Shown here piece by piece: positions 11,882 to 24,277 of a stretch of 64,000 nt of DNA. Origin of the DNA: Octopus vulgaris (Eukaryota). The stretch spans positions 168,578,001 through 168,642,000 of the forward strand of contig OX597815.1 in the NCBI GenBank assembly GCA_951406725.2, given 5' to 3'. Below the pieces are notes generated by a model. It saw only the letters and a list, made by a program, of their open reading frames with translations, searched no databases and was not told the DNA's origin. The position numbers were made by a program, and so were the translations under genes. Position 1 is the first letter of the stretch. The number at the start of each line of letters is the position of its first letter.

Positions 11882-12275
11882 GGCGCAGGAGTGGCTGGTG
11901 GTAAGTAGCTTGCTAACCAACCACATGGTTCCGGGTTCAGTCCCATTGCGTGTCATTTTGGGCAAGTGTCTTCTGCTATAGCCCCGGACCGACCAATGCC
12001 TTGTGAGTGGATTTAGTAGACGGAAACTGAAAGAAGCCTGTTGTATATATGTATATATATATGTATGCATATATGTATGTGTCTGTGTTTGTCCCCCTAG
12101 CATTGCTTGACAACTGATGCTGGTGTGTTTACGTCCCCGTCACTTAGCAGTTCGGCAAAAGAGACCGATAGAATAAGTACTGGGCTTACAAAGAATAAGT
12201 CCCGGTGTCAATTTTCTCGACTAAAGGCAGTGCTCCAGCATGGCCGCAGTGAAATGACTGAAACAAGTAAAAGAG
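11882..12275 (+). mobile_element. Near-full-length tRNA-derived SINE family B
   Basis: GGCGCAGGAGTGGCTG..GGTAAG (A box), GGTTCAGTCC (B box), CORE-like TTGGGCAAGT, internal TA/TG tract, tail GAAACAAGTAAAAGAG. Further full or partial copies at about 13095-13300(-), 14000-14280(-), 15700-16040(-), 18100-18330(+), 27330-27745(+), 35720-35900(-), 36280-36440(-), 37125-37290(+), 52980-53170(-) and 56808-57140(+). Confidence 0.9.
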
Positions 12276-12628
12276 AGAATAGAATATATAGTCTTTCTTA
12301 CTCATCATGCTCCTCCTCATTATCCTTATCATCATTATCACTGGTTTAATGTCCACTTTTTGATACTCACATGGGTTAAAGAGAATTTTATTGAGGTGGA
12401 TTTTCTATGGTTGGATGCCTTTCCTGTCACCAATTCTCACTTGTATCAAGACAAGGTAATATTTTCCCATAGCCAGAAATGTTTTCATGGAAGATTGGAA
12501 ATGAAGGACACCGCTTGCATGACAGTGACACTCATTTACATCTATCAGGCGAAGTCAAGGTAAGGAGACAGTAAACACACATGCACACACATATGAATAT
12601 ATACGTGAGTGTGTGTGTGTGTATGTGT

Positions 12629-12925
12629 GGAGGCGCAATGGCCCAGTGGTTAGGGCAGCGGACTCTCGGTCGTAGGATCGCGGTTTCGATTCCCGGACCG
12701 GGCGTTGTGTGTGTTTATTGAGCAAAAACACCTAAAGCTCCACGAGGCTCCGGCAGGGGTTGGTGGCGATCCCTGCTGTACTCTTTCGCCACAACTTTCT
12801 CTCACTCTTTCTTCTGTCGGCCTGCTCGTTTAGCCAGCGGGGTGGCGTCATTTGAAGGCTAAAACAATGCGAAGCACATTGTGACCAGCGATGTGTAGCA
12901 ACATCTGATAGTCTGGTCGGTCATG
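12629..12925 (+). mobile_element. SINE family C variant
   Basis: GGAGGCGCAATGGCCCAGTGGTTAGGGC..GGTTTCGATTCC head and the shared CACAACTTTCTCTCACTCTT body. Confidence 0.8.
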
Positions 12926-13318
12926 GTAATATATATATATATATATGGCCAAACATGTTTCCCATGGAAGATTGGAAATGAACAACATTGCTTGTAAGAC
13001 AGTGACACTAATTTTATAACTATCATGTGATGACAAAACAAAAGTATATACACACACACACACTTGTACACTTATATATATATATCCTTTATCAGTTACT
13101 TGTTTCAGTCATTGGTGTGTAGCCATGCTGGGGCACAGCCTTGAAGGAGTTTTATTCAAACAAATCGACCCCAGTACTCACTTGTTAAAATCTGGTTCTT
13201 ATTTTGTTGTCTCTTTCTGCCAAATGGCTTCAGTTAGGGGACATAAACAAACTAACATCAGTTGTCAAGTGATTGTGGGAGAGAAACACAAAGATAAAGA
13301 CACACATGCATATATATC

Positions 13319-13372
<54 letters not shown>

Positions 13373-13611
13373 GTGGAGTAGATAAAACAGGGGACAACTG
13401 AGGAAGGGAATGTTCTTTATGTTGCCTGTCTCGTTTCTCTATTTGTGTCTTTTATTGTTTGAAAAAAGTTCATTTTCCATGCTTTTGTTTTTTGTGTTCT
13501 CATTTCTCTTTTTGTTCATGTTTTTTTTTATCTCCTGTACCCATATATGCATGTATATATACATATATATGTAGGCATGTACACATATGTGTGTATATAT
13601 GCATATATATA

Positions 13612-13822
13612 TAAAGTTAATCCAAACATGAAAACACAAAGAGAAAATACAACAACGCGAGGATGTGGAACAAGCATAGTATTATTGGACGCTCAGGAAA
13701 GAAGGAGGGTTTAACGTTTCGAGCGGAGCTCTTCGTCAGAAACATAGGAAAAGGAAAGATCCAAAGAAGGGAAGACAGAGGAAAAAAAAAAATCGCCAAC
13801 GGTACACACGCGGTCACATTTT
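13612..13822 (-). mobile_element. Penelope-like element terminal fragment carrying a minimal hammerhead-like motif (13709-13743)
   Basis: Minus strand GTTT-CTGACGA-A-GAGC-TCC-GCTC-GAAA-CG-TT-AAAC, embedded in TA microsatellites. Confidence 0.6.
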
Positions 13823-16800
13823 GAAACATATATATATATATCATCATCATCATCATCATCATCATTTAGCGTCCGCTTTCCATGCTAGCATGGGTGATCA
13901 AATGACATGCATCCATTTCCAAGTAAATATATATGTATATGGTTGCAATCAAATGACTGAAACAAGTAAAAGAATAAAAGAATATATATTATGTATGTAA
14001 TGGGCTTCTTTCAGTTTCCTTCTACTAAATACACTCTCAAAACTTTGATCAGCTTGGGGCTATAGTTCAAGACACTTGCCCAGTGTACCATGTAGCAGGA
14101 CTGAACCCGGAGCCATGTGGTTGGGAAGCAAACTTTTTACCACACAGCCACACTTGAGCCTATAGCTACACAGACTTCTTCTAGTTTCCAGCTACCAAAT
14201 CCACTCAAGAAGTTGTGGTTGTCTCAGGGCTGTAGCAGAAACACTTATTTACCCAAGATGCCACACTTTGGGACTGAACTCAAGATTAGTACTATTATTA
14301 GTATTTTTAATACTAATTTCATTTTACTGAGAGTCAGCTACACCAATTCCAGCCTTTGTAAAAGATCTTTATTAGAAGTGGGCTAGCAGTTTTCCGACCT
14401 AGTGGCTGAAGCAAAAACAATTATGTAGTGAAAATGGTTGAAAGGACTGACAACAAACACTTTACTCTTCAACCAAGAGGAGAAGAGATTGCAAGTATAC
14501 CCTGAGAGACTAGAAGTGACGCTTTCTGTATAGTGTTATATAAGATGTTATACTGAGAAGTTCTCAAGACATTTCAAGGGATTGTCACATTCTAAGGTGG
14601 AGGCAGACAAGTAGTTATACCATCCCAACAAATAATATCTACGTATAAATATACTGGATGTTGAAAAAAAAAAGAGGCTGAGAGAAAAAGAGTCAGAGAA
14701 AGAAAGAAAAAGAGGGAAATAGAAAAGAGATAGATAATATAATAGGAACCTAGAAATTTCGAGATGGAAATATTATTAAATTAAAAGTTCTTATCTTTGA
14801 ATTGAATACCAGTGAATTTAATTTAGAATTTGTTGGTCAGCTATGCGTGGGTTGATCTCATACAACTTTGACTCAAAAGATTTTTTTTTTTTCTACCAGT
14901 CATCTTTATACACACATGGCCACATATGAAAATGAGATGAGAAAGAAAAAGTGTATGAAAGAGACAGAGACAGAGAGGGAATGATAGAGTAACATTAATA
15001 TAATGAATAACAAAAGATTTTAAATTTGAGATATTATGAAATTAAAAATTCTTATCTTGCTTCTGCCAATTGTATTTCTGCAAATTTTTATTCAATTTTT
15101 TTTTTTCTTTGGTTGGATATGTATGTCTCCATCTCAATTATTATTTTATTATTCATGGTTTGAAATTCATCAAAGAATTTTTCTATCTTACATCAAAGAG
15201 AATTACACACCTCTTGGCAAACACTGCATAAAAATGCTGAAGTTTAATAAATTTTGTGTGAGATGCCTAGACAATATTTACAGATCCAACTATTATTATT
15301 TTCTGGAACACACTTATGTATGTCCTAACAAATAATCTGTCAATGTGTATCATATTGGTTGTACTAATCACAAACAAGATAATGAACATATTCCTAAACA
15401 ATCATATTACTTATGTTTCAACAGCTATATCAGTGAAATTTCTTTGCTTTCTATAATGTTTTTCTTCTGTACAACATTATAGACATTTGGTGTTGCTATG
15501 TTGGCTATTAATGCACTATTGTCATGTTTAGTCATGGAAAATTACAACAAGCTTATTTTGTGCTACCAAATAATTCGTCTAGATGCTCAAGTCCCATTGT
15601 ATTTTTGTATTGTTAATTTTTATCGCAGAAGGCACTTATTATAAAATAACCCTCAGCATCTTGTCAAAAGATGGGTAATATTATGATTACTATTGCTCTT
15701 TTACTCTTTTACTTGTTTCAGTCATTTGACTTTGGCTATGCTGGAGCACCGCCTTTAGTCGAGCACATCGACCCCAGGTCTCTTTTGCCGAACTGCTAAG
15801 TTACAGGGATGTAAACACACCAGCATTGTTTGTCAAGCGATGTTGGGGGGACAAACACAGACATACAAACATATACAGACACACATACATACATATATAT
15901 ATATACATACAGCGGGCTTCTTTCAGTTTCCGTCTACCAAATCCACTCACGAGGCTTTGGTTGGTCCGAGGCTATAGTAGAAGACACTTGCCCAGTGGGA
16001 CTGAACCCATAACCATGTAGTTCGTGAGCAAGCTACTTACCATACAGCCACTCCTACGCCTATAATCATTATTTTTATTTATATTTATTATAATTATTGT
16101 TGTTAAGGTGGTGAGCTGGCGGAATCATTAGCATATTGGGCATCCAGCTGTAGAAACCATGCCAAACCAAAGTGGAGTCTGGTGCACCAACCCCCCCCCC
16201 CCGGTTTGCCAGCTCTGGTCGCACCATCCAACCCATGGACAATAGATGTAAATGATAATGAGGATGACAAAATGCTTAACAGCATTTCCTCCATCTTTGC
16301 ATTCTAAGTTCAAACTCTGACGAGGTCAACTTTACCTTTCATCCTTTCGGGTTCAATAAAATAAGTACCAGTTGAGTGCTGGGGGCTGATGTAATCAGCA
16401 AGCCCTCTTCCCAGAAATTTCAGGCCTTGTGGCTATAGCAGAAAGAATTATAATTGTTAAAGCTTATTACATACTATATTAGTTAGTAGGTTTGTTGTGA
16501 GGTTTGATGACAAGTCTCCTCAAATCTCAAGAATCTTTCTAAGGATTCTTAAAGAAAACAGGATCAGATTTTTGTACAGGTTGACAATGTAAGTCTCAAT
16601 TCCAATATCCTTTGGCCTCTTTTTTTCTTTTTTTCAGTCATCCTTTTTTTTCAATCAAGCCCAGTTTTTATTCCACATACATCTTTCAGTGGCCTTCCAA
16701 GACTGACTATGGATACGTTTCTCACCCATCTGTTTAACATGTTCTCTTTAAATTTCACTTAGAGTCCTTTTCTCCTGTTCTACACTTGATCACCTGTTCT

Positions 16801-17259
16801 TTATTCACTGCCTTTAGCAATTTCTCTGAGCAGCTCCGTAAATATTCTAGTAGGCTTTATTATTATTATTATCACTACTACTACTACTACTACTACCACT
16901 ACTACTATATCTGACATACTCAGATTGTTGCTGGAGGCGTCAGTAATGTACCAGTTGTTCACTTCCCATGAATTGAGGTGATATGTTCTTTTCAAGTCTC
17001 GGGAATTGTGCACAAGCTCCTTGCACTGCAAAGTAAAGCTGTTTTTAAGGATGGGGTCGATTGTTGTTGTTGTTGTTGGTGGTAGTGGTGGTGGCAGCAT
17101 TGTTGTTGTTGTTGTCGTTGTCGTTGTTGTCGTCATCATTGCTGCTTTAGTATTATTACTATTGTTATAAATAGAGTGTTTCAGCCTGTCTTAATAAATC
17201 CAGAAATAGGATTTAGCTGCAATAAGATTTTGATAATCTGAAAATCTTTGGCTGGAGGC

Positions 17260-17297
<38 letters not shown>

Positions 17298-17841
17298 ACA
17301 GTTACATAAATCACTTAAGTACAGATGTCAGGATAGATTTGTGCAAAACTATAAACTTTTTTTCTCAATATGAAAATAAGTCACCGCAAAATATTATGAG
17401 CATTTTAATAAAATTATGCATTTATTGTAAATGTCTAATATATGATTTATTCATACACTGTCACCTTAAATACACACACATGCACACACACCAAACTATG
17501 TGAGTGTGTGTGTGTTTGTGTGTGTTGATAAATCGTCACTCCATAGTAAATGTTTATTTCATGAAGAGAGAAGATGGAAAATGGATCGAGCTAAAATATT
17601 TTATGTTTGAATTCTTAGAAATGTCACTTTGTAAATGTCTTATTCTTGATAAGAAGTAAAATGCATAACTATAGATGACGTAGAAGAAATATTGTCGTAT
17701 CAAAAATTTGCTTACAGACAACCAACAAATCAATTATGGAATGATTCAGAAATATACAATATATATTTGTATAGACTGGTGCTATTGATATAAAATATTT
17801 ATAAATAAGTTCCTTGCAGAAAACATAAAAGGTATTTGGGG

Positions 17842-17842
<1 letters not shown>

Positions 17843-17937
<95 letters not shown>

Positions 17938-17944
17938 TTATATA

Positions 17945-17975
<31 letters not shown>

Positions 17976-18082
17976 TTTATATATGTATATATATATATAT
18001 TTACGTTTAAATATTTGTTGTGCAAGATTTTATTGGCTAAACTGGCAAAATGACCATTCCGAAATATAACAATATATATATT

Positions 18083-18115
<33 letters not shown>

Positions 18116-18120
18116 GTTTG
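17843..18120. repeat. Compound (TA)n/(TG)n microsatellite at the internal tract of a family-B SINE
   Basis: Read directly; the SINE 3' half follows at 18120-18330. Confidence 0.9.
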
Positions 18121-19057
18121 TGTGTCTGTGTTTGTCCCCACCAACATCGCTTGACAACTGATGCTGGTGTGTTTACGTCCCTGTAACTTAGCAGTTCGGC
18201 AAAAGAGACTGACAGAATAAGTACTAGGCTTATAAAGAATAAGTCCTGGAGTCAATTTGCTCGACTAAAGGCGGTGCTCCAGCATGGCCACAGTCAAATG
18301 ACTGATACAAGTAAAAGAGTAAAAAGAGATGTTAAATGATGATGATTGTTCGGTTGTTTGATTAATTGAACTACCAGATCTCTTGAATTACCACCCTTTC
18401 TATTTCCTTTGTTTTCTCTCTCTTATATTCACATTGTACTTTGAGGGTATGTCCTCGCCATTTCGTTCTCTCTCTCCAACTGGGGAAGCCACTGTTTCTC
18501 TATCATACTTTAACTCCTCAACACCTGGTGTAAAGCTGTTTATTGCCCTCAATATTCAGTTGGGGGTGGAGGAGGTAGTGTCTTGAAAATTACTTGGTGA
18601 CCTCACGGGTATTGGTGCCTTGAGAAAGCACCCAGTACACTCTGTAAACTGGTTGGTGTTAGGGAAGGACATCCAACCGTATGAACCATGCCAAAACAGA
18701 TGCTGGAGTTTGGTGCAGTCAATCCTTTTGCCCATCAGATCCAACCCATGCCAACATAGGAAGCAGATGTTAAATGGTGGTGGTGGTGGTGATTGGTGGT
18801 GATGGTGGTGGTGGTGGTGGTGGTGATCAGTGGTGGTGGCTGAGTATCCTACAGTTGTGTACTCTTAATGTAATTCTCAGGCAGAACCAGCATGATACCT
18901 TTGTGTAACAAGGCAGAACCTTTAAAATATGGGGACAGTTCATCTGATGAGCTTCCCTAAAGATTTCTCCTATTCAGTTTCATATTTTGTTTTTCAGAAA
19001 ATCTCCCACAAATCATATTTTAACATCCTTAATAAAGAAAGGATACATTAGATAATG

Positions 19058-19217
19058 TATTCTGTTGTGTCGGGGGAGAGTCATTTTCTTTTTGGGCCTT
19101 ATGATGTAACACACTCACCGGTAAAATTTCCATTTATTTGTTATTTTTATTTTTCGGTGAGTGTGTTATATTATAAAGCACAAAAAGAAAATGACTCTCC
19201 CCAGACACAACAGAATA
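19058..19217. mobile_element. Foldback MITE with about 60-bp inverted arms
   Basis: TATTCTGTTGTGTC.GGGGAGAGTCATTTTCTTTT..AACACACTCACCG is mirrored by CGGTGAGTGTGTT..AAAAGAAAATGACTCTCCCCAGACACAACAGAATA. Confidence 0.8.
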
Positions 19218-20165
19218 TACTTCGACACACGAACTCATATAAAGAATCTTGCAAACCAAATCCCAAAACGAAATATTAGATAATTTAGTTCTAGCCATAT
19301 CCTTACACAGATGAAGTGGTCATAAGTGTATTCATTTAAGAGTTGCTCTGGGGTTAACCATCAAAAAGATTAAGAAACTCCAGAGAGTTGATGGCTTGTT
19401 TCTGAGGGAATTGCTAACAACAACTGCTGACATCCACAGAAGATGGTATGTGATATTTCAGCAATAATTCACTAACATGAAACAATAAAAGGAATTAATA
19501 AGTGGCAGCAACAGGAAACAGACAGATAAAATGTCAACTGCCAACAAGAATTAGATTCTTTTCCACTTCTCTATACTCAAATGTCTTATCTATTAGATCA
19601 TACTTATATTCTTGTTTTGTACCCATTTATGAACAACAATATTTTTCAACAGAACTCATCATCATCATCATCATAATTTATTGTCCTCTTTTCTATGCTT
19701 GCATGGGTTAGACCAAATTTGTTGAAACAGATGTTCTACAGCCAGATATCCTTCCTCTCATCTATTTCCTACCAAGATAATATTTCCCCACGGCTTGACA
19801 GGTTTTTCCTGGAAGGACTAGAAGCAAACAACATTCTTGTATGATAATGATGCTCATTTTTCTAACCACCACATGACGCCAAGACGCGAATGTACACAAA
19901 CACACATATACACACACACTAATATATTTATATACGAGGTGGTATCAAAAAGTTTCTGGACTAGGTCTGTAGGACAACATCAGATGGCAGCACATTGAAA
20001 GCTAGCAGTGACCTTCATGGGGCAGTATGCTGATTGATATTGCTGTGTTTAATTCTCATGTTGTGAAATTTGTGCTTTTGTGATCACACGTATGCTGTAG
20101 TCTGCGATTTTGTCATGCATGGACAAGAAGTTGGAACAAAGAGCCAACATGAAATTTTGCATTAA

Positions 20166-20386
20166 CCCTTTTGTTACCAACACGGCTGAAACTGGCTCTG
20201 GCTTTTGAGTACAAATGTCTTGTTTTCATAAGTTTTGAATTAAAATCTTCCACCAAACCTTAGTCACAATTTATGCTCCTAACATTAGCTGAATGATAAC
20301 AAAGTTATTTTACTAACTTCTTTGTTATATTTAACGTAACTGAAAGAAACACAGAACATCTCAAAATAAATACAGTAACGAAAGGG
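20166..20386 (+). mobile_element. piggyBac-type MITE with TTAA TSD, nested in the mariner
   Basis: TTAA|CCCTTT.GTTAC...GTAACGAAAGGG|TTAA. Removing it restores the transposase frame KFCIKLGK. Confidence 0.9.
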
Positions 20387-20664
20387 TTAAACTTGGGAAG
20401 TCTGCTACAGAGATATTGAGCATGCTTTGACAAGCTTATGGTGAAGAGGTAACAGGTCATACACAATGTTTCAAGTGGCATGGCTCTGGAAAATGATGGG
20501 TGATCTGAAAGACCTGCCATGAGTGTCATCCTAGAAATGTGGAGAAAATTCATCAGCTTATTCATGAGGATCATTGGAAGACAATCAACAACATTGGTGA
20601 TGTTGTTGGTCTTTTGTATGAGTCTGTGCAGGCAATCCTAACATCTGAATTGAATATGCTGAGT

Positions 20665-20906
20665 GTGGAGGCACATGGCCTAGTGGTTAGAGCAGTGGAC
20701 TCGCAATCGAGTGATCGCGGGTTTGAACCTGAGACCGGGCAATGTGTGTGTTTATGAGTGAAACACCTAAGCTCCACGCGGCTCCGGTAGAAGATAATGG
20801 TGAACTTCTGCTGACTCTTTCACCACAACTTACTCTCACTCTTTCCTCCTGCATCTTGCAGCTTACCTGCGACGGACCAGGCATGGCTCAAGAAGGAACA
20901 AACAAC
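20665..20906 (+). mobile_element. SINE family C nested in the mariner, 12-bp TSD
   Basis: TSD AATATGCTGAGT at 20653-20664 and 20907-20918; similar to 7222-7524. Confidence 0.9.
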
Positions 20907-23900
20907 AATATGCTGAGTATCTGTGCTAAGTTTGTACCCCGCCTGCTAACCACTGAGCAGAAAGAACATCACCTCAAAGTCTATCAAGATCTCCATCAGT
21001 GTGCCAGTGATGATCCGTCCTTCATGTCGAGGATTATCACTAGTGACAACAGTTGGTCCATGAGTACAAATCCAAGACAAAGTAGCAGTTGTCACAATTG
21101 AAAAGCCATTTCATCTCCACAACCAAAGAAGGCATGGCAGAGCCACAGCTCAGTCAAGAGCATGCTCATCATTTTCTTCTGATATCCACATTATTGCACA
21201 TCAAGAATTTATTCCCCAGGGCCAGGCCTGAGCCATTCAAGAGTTCTACTGTTTTGAAGCATTTGGGGGAGGACATTTGGTGAAAGTGACAGGATCTGTG
21301 TAGCACAAAGAATTGGATTCTTCACAACAACAATGCATCCTGTCACTGAGGTCTCCTCATTCATAAGTTTCTTGCCAAAAATAATATGTGTCACTTCCAC
21401 ACCCATCCTACTCGCCATATTTTACACCTGTGGACCTTCCATCTCTTCCTCAAGATGAAAAGGCAGCTCAAAGGTCACCGTTTTTACACCATTGTCAAGA
21501 TCCAGATCAAATTGCAGAAGGTCCTTGACTTCGCTTACAGAAAACAACTTCCAGGCTAGATTTCAAAAATGGCAAAAATGCAGGACAGGTGTATTGCTGT
21601 GCAAGGTGACTATTTTGAAGGAGACAATACTAAAACTTAGCTAAATAAGTTATTACTTTATCAAACATAACTAGTCTGGAAACTTTTTGATACTACCTCA
21701 TACATAGGCTTATTTTCAGTTTCCATGTACCAAATCCACCCAGGTGGCTTTGGTCAGCCTGGGGTTATAGTAGAAGACACCTGCCTTCTGTTCCACATAA
21801 TGAGACTGAACTCGAAACCATGTGGTTAGAAAACAAGCTTCTCAACTACACAGTCATACCTGCACTTAACACTGGAGGGAACCTTTAATAGTACTGTGGC
21901 TTAGTAGTAAAAGGACTTTTTTATTATCACTCAGTGTGAAAGGAAGAGCAGGCCCATAACCCTTTGTGTGACCCCTCAGACTGATGGTAGGAAGTTATCT
22001 TCAAACCAGAGACCAGGACCAATGCTTGCAATAGAGCAGACTCCACTAAATGCACCCATTGCTGTTTTAATGCACAGTGGGCAATCACCTTGGTACTCAA
22101 AAGGTTTGGGGCCTAATGTTAATCTATATATGCTGTGGTTTGTTATCAATAACTAAATACTATACACTCCTGTCATTACTTTGCTGGAGTTGGATGGGGT
22201 GTGATGAGGCTGTAATGTTGTTAAGATAGCTCTGAAGGCATCCAATAACCATGTGGTTGTATTAAACTGCATGAACAATTAAGTCTACCACTCAAGTAGA
22301 CCAGGTAGGATTTGAGCTCAGAATGCAAATAGCTAGGACAAATACTGCAAAGCATCCTATCTAATGATCAAATGATTCTGCATGCCGACAGCTCTAGGCT
22401 GGTACTTTATTTAATGATCCCAGAAATATGGATGGCAAAGTTGACTCCAGTGGTATTTGAACTCAGAATACAAGGAGCCAGAATAAATATTACAAGGAAT
22501 CCCATCAAATGCTCTTTCATCATCATTATCATCATTGTCATTGTTTAACATCTATGCTCCATGCTGGCATGGATTGGATGGTTTCACAGGATCTGATGGT
22601 TCCAAAGACCGTATTGTACACCAATGTCTGGTTTGCTTTGGCATTGTTTCTGTGGTTGGATGGCCTTCCTAACACCAATCACTTTATTGCATGTACTGGA
22701 TTCACTTTTCATACCACCAACACTAGTGAGGTCACCATGCAGATCATAAGACTATGAACTCCAAGGAAGAATGGGAGCTGGCTTTATGCTAAGGGACAAG
22801 GCTCAGCTTATAGCTGAAATATATTCTATATCTGAAGGGTTTCTGAGGTTATGATAGACCTATGAAACCCAGACATAAGCAAGTATTTTCAAGCAGTGAG
22901 CATTATGAGGTATGTTGCATATCATAAATTGGGTCATAGTATTAAATGAATAACTTAATAAACATCATATGTAATACATTTTCATCAGTTGATAATTTAA
23001 GATTCTCTTAGCTCCACCAAACTTTGAATAAAAGAAAGCATTAGTGAACAAGTAAGCAAAAAAAAAAAATTATCAAATTAAGAGAGACAAATCTAATGAT
23101 TATGTTCCAAAATATTTGTAAAAAAATTATGAAGTTTATATTATGAGGTCATAACATGTGCCACAGAAAAGAGCAACATGCAGTCCATGTGTTCCAAGTT
23201 ATCATACTTAATCTAATCTATGAATGCTTTGTAAAATAAATGTTAAATTATGTAAAGATCTACTAGATAAAGTTCTTATTCTTGATACAAATTCACATGT
23301 TCTGGTTAATTCAATAACTTCAAAGTATATGTTGGCAATCCTAACAGACTGGCTCCAGAAACATTCTGTTCTGATATAAGGAAATAAATCTAAACAATAT
23401 CTAGTATGTTAACTACTGTTGGACTCCATCAAAATCATTCAATTATATTCTCCGATTACAAAAATCAAATTGATCAAAACTGACTAAAATATAAATATCT
23501 CATGAACAATAACAGTTATAACAACTATATACAGCATTACAATATTACGAGTAATAACAATAAGGAGATTAGTTCAATAAGCATTCATCTCACATCAATA
23601 AAATTGTGTATGATTGATATCACATTTTGTTCTCCAGTAGAACTTAGAAAAATCTTCATTGCTGTATTATTGACAGTATAGAAATGTGTAAATGTATAAC
23701 TTGTTCCAATTATTTACTTACTAATTTCCTTTATTGCTACAAGATAATAAATAACTGTAATTAATTGATTGAGAAAGAGTTTATTTATCTTATATTTATT
23801 TATTAGTTGATTGGTTGTTCACCAATTCAATAAAGAATCACCAAAATTTTGCTTTTGGCATATTTTGGATTATAGTATTTTTAGATGTTGCTGTCTCCTG

Positions 23901-24277
23901 TTTGCAATATAGCTTATATATTTACTTAAAATAATAATTAAGTTGTCAAATCGTTCTAAAAGCTGACTGGATGCTGGTCAATTCAAAAAATAAAATGGTT
24001 ATAGTTATTTAGCTTTCTTCTATTATTTTTTATTTTATTTACCTAACTACCATTAAATGATAACAGCTGTTACCACAAACAACAACATTTATGTCAGTAT
24101 GAAGACAGGTTGTTGGAGAGCGACCTTTTGAAAAGCTGTTGACTATTTAAGAGATCAATACAAATCAAATACTTTAGAAACCAAACTATTTCAAGCCAGC
24201 AGGTACGATACTGTCTGTCATCTGATTATGAAAATATAGTAATATATATATAAAAATTGTTTTATTTTAAGAACTAT

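Larger units (their letters stand above)
19935..21700 (+). mobile_element. Full-length but decayed mariner transposon with two nested insertions
   Basis: TIRs CGAGGTGGTATCAAAAAGTTTCTGGACTAG / CTAGTCTGGAAACTTTTTGATACTACCTCA flanked by TA. Remnants KFCI|KLGKSATE, AKFVPRLLTTEQKEH, RIITSDNSW, LHNNNA, HPSYSP. Confidence 0.9.
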
